The notes: generated by a model from the letters alone, not told the origin. 52,494 nt of DNA from Candidatus Daviesbacteria bacterium (GCA_041690695.1 JBEPVZ010000004.1:1-52494); one strand, 5' to 3'. Shown: positions 27,393 to 36,378, counted from the first letter of the stretch. Translations and numbers: made by a program.

Positions 27393-28625
27393 CTAGGCTG
27401 CCTTATAAATTGGACTTAGGATATCATTAGGTAATAATAATTTTTCATACTGAGACTTAACTAAAGCTAGCCGCTTGTCAGAAGGAGTTCGCCCTGCATA
27501 ATCATGATACCTAGTTCCCGCGGCGTGATAAGCTTGATCATAAGATCGCTGACGTGGATCATCTACTCCGTTGTTAACAATCCTTCTAATTCGATTACGA
27601 TCAGTTTCTTGGGGTAATCCATCAACAATCAGATCAAAAGCTCGATCACGAGCATTTAATTCTAACCCATTGGCTAGAAGTTGGGCATTGTTTAAAACCC
27701 CTTCACTTGAAATTCGTAAATAATACATAGCTAATTCCTCCATTGTTAAAAGTCGATAGGCTTCAGTCATTTGAACTGGGTAGGAAATGGCTAGGGCCTC
27801 ACAAAATGGCTGCTCACCACCAGGAATAGTTGTTAATCCATAATATGGATTAACACGTCCAGCTTTAATACCTTTTTCAAGTTGTTTAGCTTGCAACCAG
27901 TGACCGGCAATCTCATGTAGCCAAAGCAAACCAACACCGCCTAGATTCCAGCGAGTAGCATTTGATTCATTAGTATTAACCTTTAAAACTAAGTCATGAG
28001 TTGTCTCATCGGTTGTCATGCTATTAATCCAGTTAGCTTCTTCATCAACAAACTTAACAAGGTAATTGGGATCGAACTCAACACCTAAAGCATTCGCGAT
28101 TGGCTTTCGAAAGCGAGAAGCAGCCTTTCTAAAAGCAGGCTCAATATCTTGTCGAGGAGACAACTTATTAACCTTGTAATAGTTATCCCAACCCTCACGA
28201 TTTAATCGGTAACCAGGCTTCAAATTAGAGAAAATCTGATCAGCAATTGTAAAATACTCAGCAATTTTAGATTCATCAATCCAGTCCGGAGTAATTCCCT
28301 GAGTTCTCTCAACATAATCTTTAAAAAAGAATTTTTCACCTGATAAAGCTCGAACATAAGTTTCAGCAGTTAAGGCTCGTCCACCAATCGACTGTTTTAG
28401 GTCTTGATCACAGCAACCATCAGCTTGTTGAGCAAGATGATCAATCGCATCATGAATTGTCCTGAACGGGACTTCTCCGGGACTGTATTGTAAATCTGGT
28501 CGGTTAACATTTATGTCAACAAAGGTTCGTCCGAAAGAGTCTCGAATCTGTCTATCAATATAAAGAGTTGTCCTAACAGTCTCTTCTCCTATAGCCCAGT
28601 CCTTTGTTTGTTCAATAATTGACAT
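27393..28625 (-). CDS. HExxH metallopeptidase-like protein (DUF885-like motif HEIAGHWLQ)
   Basis: 410 aa; HEIAGH followed about 37 aa later by CEALA (candidate third zinc ligand). Confidence 0.45.
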   Translation of the reverse strand: MSIIEQTKDWAIGEETVRTTLYIDRQIRDSFGRTFVDINVNRPDLQYSPGEVPFRTIHDAIDHLAQQADGCCDQDLKQSIGGRALTAETYVRALSGEKFFFKDYVERTQGITPDWIDESKIAEYFTIADQIFSNLKPGYRLNREGWDNYYKVNKLSPRQDIEPAFRKAASRFRKPIANALGVEFDPNYLVKFVDEEANWINSMTTDETTHDLVLKVNTNESNATRWNLGGVGLLWLHEIAGHWLQAKQLEKGIKAGRVNPYYGLTTIPGGEQPFCEALAISYPVQMTEAYRLLTMEELAMYYLRISSEGVLNNAQLLANGLELNARDRAFDLIVDGLPQETDRNRIRRIVNNGVDDPRQRSYDQAYHAAGTRYHDYAGRTPSDKRLALVKSQYEKLLLPNDILSPIYKAA

Positions 28626-28642
28626 ATAAAAATCCTATATAA

Positions 28643-29974
28643 TTAATGAACCACTTTAGGAAAGACCGATAAACTACCGTAACGAGTAATTAGGTGTTCC
28701 GCATCAGACCGAGTCCCTTGGGAAAGAATTCTTTCTAAGATTGTAGCTAGCTCATCTACGGAAACATACATTTTCATAAAGTTTGGCCATGATACTCCAC
28801 CAGTCTCTTTGAGCGCGCCATTCTCTCTCAAATAGTTAATAAAGATAGCTCCACCAACCGTATAATGAAGTCGGCTAGGATTATCTCGCTCATTCAAAAT
28901 ATTATTAAAGCTTCTAATCATATAAGCCAGCATAATTGATTCAAGCTGTTTTTGGGTAACAATGTCTTTAACTAGTAGCGCTCCACAAACTTTAACTCCC
29001 ATAACGGTAGCAGCTAATTCATCAATTACCGGAAAAAGATCTTGCAACCTTTTTTCAGAATCTCGATATCTTAAATAAGTATGTGCCAGCTCATGAAGTG
29101 CGGTGGAATATAGACTACCTTCCCGAAGATCTTCTTCGCTAAATTCGGCTTTAAATTGCTCCGAAAAGAGTTGATTAAAGACAATTCGATTTTTAGCTGT
29201 CCGTAAGTCGTTGGACTGTTTAAATAAGGTGATCTCTGACCCTAATTTTTCCATTAAGCTGAAGTTGTTTGGTAAATTAGTTCCCACCGGTAAGTTTCTG
29301 GCCTTTAAACCCGTTGAAATCACTAAATCATCGACACGTGTCTGAACTTTATCAAAATAGTCAACCTTTTCGCTTGAGAAAAGAACTTTTCTTCTCGCTG
29401 TCAAAATCATATCTTTATACTCGGTCATCCGAGCGCTTTCAACTTTATCCATTACTCCCACCCAAGCCTGGTAAGAAGTTTTAATAAACATTAACTTGTC
29501 ATCATATCTTTCGGATGGTCCAATATTAACATCTAATAGATAAGGCTTCATTTCCATCCAAGTTTGAGTTGCTTTTGGATAATCGCCATTTAACAAAACT
29601 TCAGCTTGAACCTTCAAGGACTGACTAAACTCTTTATCATCAGTTAACTCAGCCGCTTGTTGGAGTTTCTCAGCAACAGGTTTTAATAACTCGGCGTATT
29701 TTTGATGATATGGAACGGCCACCAGCTTGCCATTGTCCCTCTCGACAATCGTATACGGAGAAAGCAATTCCGGATCTTCTTTAGCAGCTTCCAAAATCTG
29801 ATCTTTAGTTACATCCGCTGGATAAAAGTTTGATCCAGGCAAGTTATGGTTTTCTTGCTCTAGATAAATTGGCGCAATCAGCTCAGCCGCCTCAACTAAC
29901 AGTTTTAGAACTGATTTTTGGTTAGCAGTTAACTTCGAAAGATCAATATCAAATTTTACAATAGGTTCGTTCAT
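28643..29974 (-). CDS. gluzincin metallopeptidase-like protein (bacterial DPP-III/M49-like)
   Basis: 443 aa; HELAH followed about 24 aa later by DELAA; the N-terminal region resembles short bacterial DPP3-family proteins. Confidence 0.45.
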   Translation of the reverse strand: MNEPIVKFDIDLSKLTANQKSVLKLLVEAAELIAPIYLEQENHNLPGSNFYPADVTKDQILEAAKEDPELLSPYTIVERDNGKLVAVPYHQKYAELLKPVAEKLQQAAELTDDKEFSQSLKVQAEVLLNGDYPKATQTWMEMKPYLLDVNIGPSERYDDKLMFIKTSYQAWVGVMDKVESARMTEYKDMILTARRKVLFSSEKVDYFDKVQTRVDDLVISTGLKARNLPVGTNLPNNFSLMEKLGSEITLFKQSNDLRTAKNRIVFNQLFSEQFKAEFSEEDLREGSLYSTALHELAHTYLRYRDSEKRLQDLFPVIDELAATVMGVKVCGALLVKDIVTQKQLESIMLAYMIRSFNNILNERDNPSRLHYTVGGAIFINYLRENGALKETGGVSWPNFMKMYVSVDELATILERILSQGTRSDAEHLITRYGSLSVFPKVVH

Positions 29975-30459
29975 TTTATTTCTAAAACTTTACATCTTAA
30001 TCTCACAATCGGGGTCGCGACCTCAACCGTCTCGCCAATTCGAGCTCCTAATAAAGCTGAGCCAACCGGTGACTCGTTTGAAATCAACTTCTTAGCCGGA
30101 TTGGCCTCAACTCGACCAACGATTGTAAATTGATCGACCTCGCCATCCATTTCTACCATAATGGTTGAACCGATCGTCACAATCTCGTGCTGAACAACCT
30201 CGTTTTTAATAACTTTAGCCTGTCTCAAAGCTTGTTCTAGATCAGAGATTCGATTTTCAACTAAAGCTTGCTCATCCAAGGCTGCATCATACTCAGCATT
30301 TTCTGCAACATCACCTAACTCACGAGCCCGGCTAATTCGATCTGAGATATCATGACGCTTAATCGTTTTTAACTCATCAAGCTCTATTTGCAACTTTTCT
30401 AAACCAATAGCAGTCAAATAGGTTTTTGGAGAATGGTTAATTTGTTTTAGTTTAGCCAT
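29971..30459 (-). CDS. greA: transcription elongation factor GreA
   Basis: 162 aa; coiled-coil N-terminal domain with ELGDVAENAEYDAA and a C-terminal FKBP-like domain. Confidence 0.9.
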   Translation of the reverse strand: MAKLKQINHSPKTYLTAIGLEKLQIELDELKTIKRHDISDRISRARELGDVAENAEYDAALDEQALVENRISDLEQALRQAKVIKNEVVQHEIVTIGSTIMVEMDGEVDQFTIVGRVEANPAKKLISNESPVGSALLGARIGETVEVATPIVRLRCKVLEIK

Positions 30460-30499
30460 GTGTTAAGGCGACAGGGAGATCAATCCAATTGCTAGGCAA

Positions 30500-30528
30500 A
30501 TTCTAGCCTAAACAGCTTGCTGTGTCAA
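30500..30528 (-). promoter_or_regulatory. promoter TTGACA-N17-TAGAAT for the greA operon
   Basis: Reverse complement of 30523-30528 is TTGACA and of 30500-30505 is TAGAAT; about 35-nt leader. Confidence 0.5.
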
Positions 30529-30542
30529 TTCGAACAGATTAG

Positions 30543-31103
30543 CTAGAGATTAAAGAGACTATGGTAATCCCGGACGAATAAATAAACAAACACCAAAAGC
30601 AAAAAAACGACAGACCAACTTGCCAATAACGTCACACCACGCTTAGCAATTTGATGTCTGAACTTAATAAATACCCAAAAGAATAAAGCGATATAGCTTA
30701 ATTGAAAAAAGACTGAGATCATATGCCAATAACTTACAAAATCCCACTGAAAGGCTTGAGGCATCGACCAGTTAGTTAAATTTAATTTAGCCTGAGCGGT
30801 ATGCATTAAAAAATCACAAACTAAACCAATCCCCCCAATAACTAGCCATTCCCAAAGTTTGAGCTTAAATGAAATGGCGATTAAAACAAACATAATTAAA
30901 ACACTGACGATTGGCAAGAGTACTCCGTCCCCAATTACGCCTGAGCCATAATCAAACAGAGTTTTAACCCCTACAAAGGCCTGAGGGTTCCGAGACAAAG
31001 TATAAAAGTAATAACCCATCTGAATTAACCAATCAGCCGTTAAAGTCACTAAATAAGCCCCAATTAACCATCCCCAGAAATGTTTTCGAGATAAATTAGC
31101 CAT
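30543..31103 (-). CDS. polytopic membrane protein, unknown function
   Basis: 186 aa with 5-6 hydrophobic helices. Confidence 0.5.
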   Translation of the reverse strand: MANLSRKHFWGWLIGAYLVTLTADWLIQMGYYFYTLSRNPQAFVGVKTLFDYGSGVIGDGVLLPIVSVLIMFVLIAISFKLKLWEWLVIGGIGLVCDFLMHTAQAKLNLTNWSMPQAFQWDFVSYWHMISVFFQLSYIALFFWVFIKFRHQIAKRGVTLLASWSVVFLLLVFVYLFVRDYHSLFNL

Positions 31104-31143
31104 ATCTATTTAGATTGGCATAAAAGGCCAGAGGGTGTCAACT

Positions 31144-32163
31144 CTATTGCCTAAAAAGCCGGGTTAACTGATCACCAATTACTGTAGCCTGCCTAGTCGT
31201 GGGATGACCATAAATAGCCCCTGGTCGACCGGATGAATCAGTCGGACCCACTACTTTTATGATGACAGAACCTTCTTCTTCTCCCGTCTCGGTTTGAAGG
31301 CTTGGCAAATTAAGCTTAGAGCCTTGACCTAACCAATTATCTTCAACTCCAATTAGAACTCTCGGAGCAGCCTCTTTATTCCGAAGTTTTTTGTGAGTAG
31401 GAGCATCTTTAAAAATCTGCTTAAACCGCCACTCAGCACCTAATGACACCTCGAGATTTAAACTTCCCAAGGTACTTATCACTAAACTCGTCCTAAAATC
31501 TGAATGTCGCATAAAATCAGGCCGAAGCCAAACCTCATCATCGGGTAAAGCTAAAAAGTAATTAACCGCCTCCTCCGGAGTAAATTCAAGTTGAGGTAAA
31601 CCCCGAACCTGACTAAGCGATTCTAAAATCTGTTCAAAATCAACGGTCAATCGGCCAGCTTGACCTTGGAGCTTTAATTCAACCCCTTGGGCAATAAAAC
31701 CCCGCTCTTTATTAAAAGCTATCGCAGTTTCTTTCTCGGCCGAATCATTATCATTTCCGCTATCAATTCTAATAATGTAACCCCCGGCTGATTGTTCGTT
31801 TTTCCGAACATCAACTCGACGCTGATCAAAGATAGTTGGAGGGGAGTTATCGTCAAAATAAAAAACGTCTTCTTCGGAATCGGTATTTCCGGGCTGGGCT
31901 ATCAAATTTGACCAATCTAAAACACCCTCACCAGTCCGGCTAAGACTTCGACGAAGAGTCGAGAGAGCGACACCTCTTTGGTGATTAACCTTAGCTAAAA
32001 TCCGCTCAAATTGAAAATTAGTTATTGCTTGAACTTCCTGAAGGCTGGAGGCTAAAATACCTGAGCGATGTTCGAAAGCTCGAGCACTGTTTATAACCAT
32101 AGAAGAGCTTTCAATATCTAAACCTTTAGGATAAATAAAATTAATTTTAGTATCTGGTGACAT
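31144..32163 (-). CDS. hypothetical protein (ORFan, soluble)
   Basis: 339-aa ORF with no motif I can recognise. Confidence 0.55.
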   Translation of the reverse strand: MSPDTKINFIYPKGLDIESSSMVINSARAFEHRSGILASSLQEVQAITNFQFERILAKVNHQRGVALSTLRRSLSRTGEGVLDWSNLIAQPGNTDSEEDVFYFDDNSPPTIFDQRRVDVRKNEQSAGGYIIRIDSGNDNDSAEKETAIAFNKERGFIAQGVELKLQGQAGRLTVDFEQILESLSQVRGLPQLEFTPEEAVNYFLALPDDEVWLRPDFMRHSDFRTSLVISTLGSLNLEVSLGAEWRFKQIFKDAPTHKKLRNKEAAPRVLIGVEDNWLGQGSKLNLPSLQTETGEEEGSVIIKVVGPTDSSGRPGAIYGHPTTRQATVIGDQLTRLFRQ

Positions 32164-32189
32164 TCTAGGTTCAGATTATAACAGGAAGA

Positions 32190-32897
32190 TTGATTCTCTG
32201 GCATTTTTTAGGCCTTCCATATATAATTCGTTCCCAAATGACTGTAGAAACTTCAACCCACAATTGGGGTTACAAAGCTCCCGAACCTATTTACTTAGAC
32301 CCAGCTATTGAAAATATTGATGGGGTCAACGGACTAGGGTTACTTAGAATGATCAGGGCTCAATTATGTTCACATGAGGGTGACAAAACAGCGATGATTG
32401 AAGGCTATCAAATAACGAAGTTACCAAGTGATCCAAATCCCTCACTCCGACAAATATTATTAGGGAGCGTTCATCAGGGAATAAAATTTTTAAATATCTT
32501 TGATGGTCAGCCTGAACCGATCAGAACTTCAGCTCTAATTTTAAGATTTGCCAGTCAGGTCAGTACCGATCCCTGGACTAGATTACCGATCTTGATGTCT
32601 AAGGGGATCGGCTTAGCCTTAAATCCAGATTGGAAAGAAGTTGATATCTATACCACCACCCAATATAGTTGGCAAAACTTAAGCGATCTTGCCCGAAAAA
32701 ATCCAAACTCGAACCTCACCGGACTTAGTTTGTATGAACAATTGGTTATAGCTCGACAACAAAGCCAACTAATAGTCGACAATCGCTTTAATTACCGCTA
32801 TCCCAAACAAGTTGTTTATCGACCAATTTTAGAATCGGAAAAGGATTGGATTTTTATGAGGGAGGGCGAGGGCGTCGCCCAAATAATCGATCGGTAA
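32190..32897 (+). CDS. hypothetical protein (ORFan, soluble)
   Basis: 235-aa ORF from TTG 32190, with TATAAC ending 7 nt upstream; the alternative start is ATG 32238. Confidence 0.5.
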   Translation: MILWHFLGLPYIIRSQMTVETSTHNWGYKAPEPIYLDPAIENIDGVNGLGLLRMIRAQLCSHEGDKTAMIEGYQITKLPSDPNPSLRQILLGSVHQGIKFLNIFDGQPEPIRTSALILRFASQVSTDPWTRLPILMSKGIGLALNPDWKEVDIYTTTQYSWQNLSDLARKNPNSNLTGLSLYEQLVIARQQSQLIVDNRFNYRYPKQVVYRPILESEKDWIFMREGEGVAQIIDR

Positions 32898-32909
32898 AGT
32901 TTTAAAAAC

Positions 32910-33323
32910 TTAAATTTGATCAATAATACTTAAGAAAAAGGCCTGATCATTTTTATGGGTAAGTAATCCCGCAACATCTTGCTTATTTATCCACTTTGCT
33001 TCTGGATTTTCTGGATCAACCGGTTTTAAGTTAGTCTGATCCGTTTTAAACAAAAACATATAAATTGTTTTTAACTCCGATTTATCATCCCCGCCATCTA
33101 GCGCGATCTTATACCGCTGATATGATCCTAACTCTTTAATTAAGGTCACATCCTTTAAACCAGTCTCTTCGTAAATCTCTCGTTTAGCCGCCGCCAGTTT
33201 ATCTTTGCCCTTATCTTCAATATGCCCTTTAGGTAAAGACCAAGATGTGCCATGTTGGCTAACAACTAAGACTTGTCCTTGATCATTTAAAACTACCCCA
33301 CCAGAGCTTTGGGTATTTAACAT
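32910..33323 (-). CDS. NUDIX hydrolase
   Basis: 137 aa; Nudix box GHIEDKGKDKLAAAKREIYEETGL. Confidence 0.85.
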   Translation of the reverse strand: MLNTQSSGGVVLNDQGQVLVVSQHGTSWSLPKGHIEDKGKDKLAAAKREIYEETGLKDVTLIKELGSYQRYKIALDGGDDKSELKTIYMFLFKTDQTNLKPVDPENPEAKWINKQDVAGLLTHKNDQAFFLSIIDQI

Positions 33324-33370
33324 GTTGAGATTATATCAAATATAATTTATTGACCTGATATAATCCGATC

Positions 33371-33949
33371 ATGATTGAAGTGATTCGCCGCCGGGTTTGG
33401 CCCGCTCCTTTGACTCAAGAACAAACAGACTTTCAGCAACTCTTAGATGATCAAGGGATTACCCATTTAGCCCGTTATCCTGATGGTAATGTCGCGATGA
33501 ACTATCGCACCAGAGGAGAGCGTCAAAGTCTGAAATTGCAATTTGCCAGATCTCCTCTTATCACTGACCAACCAATTGTGAGAGTTTACCATGCCTATCA
33601 TCCAGGTCTTTGGAGCCAAGAAATTAGCCGAGAAACCCATTTTGAATTACAAAATAATCCTGCTGGGCTAGTCGATATTAATTATGTGTTTAGTGGCGAA
33701 AACAAACTCTATGAAAGTATGGGTTCGGCTCGATTAAGCTTATATGCAATCAGACAGTTTCTAAGATTAGACGTCACATGTCGTCAAACTTTTAAAAAGC
33801 GGGTTGAAGTTAGTGCCTTGTCTATTAAAAAACCTGATCCGGCCAGCCTAAGTCAATTTAATGGTATATCACCTCAAGATATTTATGATTATATCCGCTC
33901 AGTTGTCCAAACTAAAATTCCGAGTATCGACGATCTGGAAAGTTCTTAA
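33371..33949 (+). CDS. hypothetical protein (ORFan, soluble)
   Basis: 192-aa ORF; TATAAT ends 6 nt before the ATG. Confidence 0.55.
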   Translation: MIEVIRRRVWPAPLTQEQTDFQQLLDDQGITHLARYPDGNVAMNYRTRGERQSLKLQFARSPLITDQPIVRVYHAYHPGLWSQEISRETHFELQNNPAGLVDINYVFSGENKLYESMGSARLSLYAIRQFLRLDVTCRQTFKKRVEVSALSIKKPDPASLSQFNGISPQDIYDYIRSVVQTKIPSIDDLESS

Positions 33950-33960
33950 TCCTTTTTTCG

Positions 33961-34584
33961 TTAACTCAGTTTAGCAATCGCTTCTTTGAATTTACCTTCA
34001 GCAAATAGTTGGCGATGATTTGGAGTTAAGACTTCAGCTAATTGTTTTAAACCTGGAATAGAACTACGTTTATTAGATCGATTCTCATATTGATAAATAA
34101 GCTCTGCCCACTCCGGTGAAGGATAAACTCTTTGGACAACTTTAAACTCATAAATTTTGACCGGTTCTGGGAGATCGGTTTCTAAATAATCTATTCCTAA
34201 TAGGTTATAAAGTTGGCTTGTTCCACCAACTAATCTGGTCGAGACATGTCGATGCTCTTGATAAGCACTCACTCGATATCTAAGTTGGCCAAGCGTTAAA
34301 TTGCCCTGATCTTCCGCAAATTCACGAACATCGACTCTACAATTAGCTGGTCTAGTCGAATCTAAAAAATCATTTAAGTCATCGAGCTCTTGAATCTCTT
34401 GAATTGGTGCCATAATAATATCTAACGATCCCAGTAATATTGAGTCCGGCTCAGATGGTTGAGAATTTAGACGAACTAACCCTCCAGCAAAATAAGTATC
34501 TTCATAACGACTGAGTTGTTGGTGAAGGGGCGGTAGTAATGCTAAATTTTGATCAGTATTAAGTTTTGATACTAAAGTTTCCAT
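33961..34584 (-). CDS. hypothetical protein (ORFan), third gene of a 3-gene operon
   Basis: 207-aa ORF starting immediately after the stop of the upstream gene. Confidence 0.55.
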   Translation of the reverse strand: METLVSKLNTDQNLALLPPLHQQLSRYEDTYFAGGLVRLNSQPSEPDSILLGSLDIIMAPIQEIQELDDLNDFLDSTRPANCRVDVREFAEDQGNLTLGQLRYRVSAYQEHRHVSTRLVGGTSQLYNLLGIDYLETDLPEPVKIYEFKVVQRVYPSPEWAELIYQYENRSNKRSSIPGLKQLAEVLTPNHRQLFAEGKFKEAIAKLS

Positions 34585-35610
34585 TTAAAAAGCTCCTTTG
34601 CAAAACTGATAGGCTAAATCATAAGGAATTGGTCCTGAGCCTAAAGCATCAGTAATCTGATTAGAAGCCGTCCAAGCATACATATTGTTCTCGGTAAAGG
34701 CGAGTGGCAACATTATTCGTCTAATGCTCGACGTCGGAATAACAAGTTCATCAACATACCGAAAATCAGCCTCATTATAACTAATCGCTTCATTTGTGAC
34801 TGTATAAGTAACTCGTCTTAAATCAATCCCGTCTCTAATCCGCTCAGCAGTACTATTTCGACCAAATAGTAAACGTGTTTGATCAGGATTAGTATCAATT
34901 AAAAGTTTAAATGTCATTAAAAGTCGTTTCTCGTCATCCGAGCCAAAAGAAACACCAATTGGAATAGGTGTTTTGAGAACTTTCTCCCATAAACCACTCA
35001 ATTCTGATCCTTCAAGACACAACCAGACGCCGCCCAGTTGGTCATGAATTGGACCAATCGAACTACTAATTGCGTAATTAACTTTTCGGTTAAAAGTAAA
35101 GGCCCCCATCGAATCACCATCAACACCTAACTTCCCAAAAGAAACAGCTGAATCGGTTTGAGTCATGACCTTTAAAAAATCGAGAGGTCGAAAACCTTTT
35201 TCAGAAATAACTTCTTGGACGATATCTAAAGCTGGGGCTAGGTTTTGAACCTCAGGCAGGGTTAAATAGCTATTCACTAGTTTAAGTCCAAGGGTCGGAT
35301 ATTGTGTTCCTAATCTGTAACTATATTCAAACATTAGACCAAGCAAATATCTTGATAAGCTATGATGTTTGGCAACGAGATCCAACGCATTATCAGATCG
35401 ATAAGTACCTGGTGGAATTCCACTTTTTAGACCTAAACCATAAAGCGTATCTCGAGTTCGAATGACCAGTCCGTATATGCCACGAGGTAAAAGATGATCT
35501 AACTTTAAAACTTTTTCAAGATTAGCTTCTAAATCAGAATATAAGATTTGGCCTTCGGCCCAAGGAAGAGATGTGTCCGATTTAAAAGGGGCTTCTTTAA
35601 TACTTTTCAT
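34585..35610 (-). CDS. hypothetical protein (ORFan), second gene of a 3-gene operon
   Basis: 341-aa ORF with no recognisable motif. Confidence 0.6.
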   Translation of the reverse strand: MKSIKEAPFKSDTSLPWAEGQILYSDLEANLEKVLKLDHLLPRGIYGLVIRTRDTLYGLGLKSGIPPGTYRSDNALDLVAKHHSLSRYLLGLMFEYSYRLGTQYPTLGLKLVNSYLTLPEVQNLAPALDIVQEVISEKGFRPLDFLKVMTQTDSAVSFGKLGVDGDSMGAFTFNRKVNYAISSSIGPIHDQLGGVWLCLEGSELSGLWEKVLKTPIPIGVSFGSDDEKRLLMTFKLLIDTNPDQTRLLFGRNSTAERIRDGIDLRRVTYTVTNEAISYNEADFRYVDELVIPTSSIRRIMLPLAFTENNMYAWTASNQITDALGSGPIPYDLAYQFCKGAF

Positions 35611-35631
35611 AAATAATTCCAGATAGTCTAC

Positions 35632-35931
35632 TCAAGCCATTTTAGGCAAATTCTGACGATGAAAAACATCAAAGAACGGTTGAAAATCCTGATATTCTGG
35701 AGGCAAGTTAAAATCAGCGGGTGGTGGTTTAAGACCAGCGTTAAGAAAGGCGGATTTATTTTCAGCGGTGGCTTTTCTCAGATTATCAAAAACAGGATTA
35801 TCCGGATGTGATTGAGCAATGTGATAGGCAGCTAAAGTAGTGAAGAAGAGCTTATACTCAGCAAGAGGGTGAACCTCCCCTATTTCAGGAGAAGCTAGAT
35901 CGAGCGCTGGACGAGCTTCTAATTCGAGCAT
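35632..35931 (-). CDS. hypothetical protein (ORFan), first gene of a 3-gene operon
   Basis: 99-aa ORF, 21 nt upstream of the next gene. Confidence 0.45.
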   Translation of the reverse strand: MLELEARPALDLASPEIGEVHPLAEYKLFFTTLAAYHIAQSHPDNPVFDNLRKATAENKSAFLNAGLKPPPADFNLPPEYQDFQPFFDVFHRQNLPKMA

Positions 35932-35990
35932 ATAATGCGGTGTATTTTATCATAGAAACATCCCCATATCAACTATTATAGGTTATTAAA

Positions 35991-36206
35991 TTAAAACTTT
36001 AGCAATTTTATTAAGAACCTCGTCAAATTAAATACCACTAGGAAAAGGAGATAAGCTACCACTAAAACAATCGAGATTATTTCGAGCCATTCCCCTAGAC
36101 TTGGGGCTGAAGCACCTGGCATCATTGATTGAGGATCGCCTGCCCAAACTTTTGTTGGAAAAAAAACTAACCAAGCAAATATTGAGATAATGATTTTTCT
36201 AAACAT
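35991..36206 (-). CDS. small secreted/membrane protein
   Basis: 71 aa from ATG 36206 (MFRKIIISIFAWLVFFPTKVWA... plus a C-terminal TM helix). The longer ORF-track version (to 36257) runs into the tRNA gene. Confidence 0.4.
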   Translation of the reverse strand: MFRKIIISIFAWLVFFPTKVWAGDPQSMMPGASAPSLGEWLEIISIVLVVAYLLFLVVFNLTRFLIKLLKF

Positions 36207-36208
36207 TT

Positions 36209-36285
36209 TGGTACCGCGTACGGGAGTTGAACCCGTGATTTCATGGATGAGAACCATGTGTCCTGGACCACTAGACGAACGCGGC
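36209..36285 (-). tRNA. tRNA-Glu (anticodon CUC), CCA encoded
   Basis: Hand-folded cloverleaf. Acceptor stem is GCCGCGU/ACGCGGU, D stem GUCU/GGAC and anticodon stem CAUGG/CCAUG. The anticodon loop is UUCUCAU and the T arm is ACGGG-UUCAACU-CCCGU, followed by A-CCA. Confidence 0.85.
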
Positions 36286-36298
36286 TTATTAAGCGGTA

Positions 36299-36347
36299 AT
36301 CCCGATGGTATTCTCCGTCGGGATCCCGATGAGAACTATCATCGGGA
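36299..36347. repeat. two tandem near-identical hairpins sharing the arm ATCCCGATG
   Basis: 36299-36324 forms a 10-bp stem (ATCCCGATGG/CCGTCGGGAT). 36324-36347 forms a 9-bp stem (TCCCGATGA/TCATCGGGA). Both lie between the tRNA -10 (TGGTATAAT, 36349-36357 reverse complement) and the tRNA 5' end. Confidence 0.6.
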
Positions 36348-36378
36348 AATTATACCAAATTAGTGTAAAATAAACGTA

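Noticed and set aside
36207-36257. N-terminal part of the 88-aa ORF (35991-36257)
   Set aside because: It is the reverse-strand reading of the tRNA-Glu gene body. The internal ATG at 36206 gives a sensible signal peptide.
31144-36285. tRNA-Glu-anchored integrative genomic island
   Set aside because: There is no integrase or recombinase gene, and I could not find a direct repeat of the tRNA 3' end at a distal boundary. The ORFan genes use the same promoter and start-codon architecture as housekeeping genes.
36299-36347. Operator for the adjacent two-component system
   Set aside because: The response regulator is receiver-only and has no DNA-binding domain. The hairpins lie downstream of the tRNA -10, so they are more simply part of the tRNA 5' leader.
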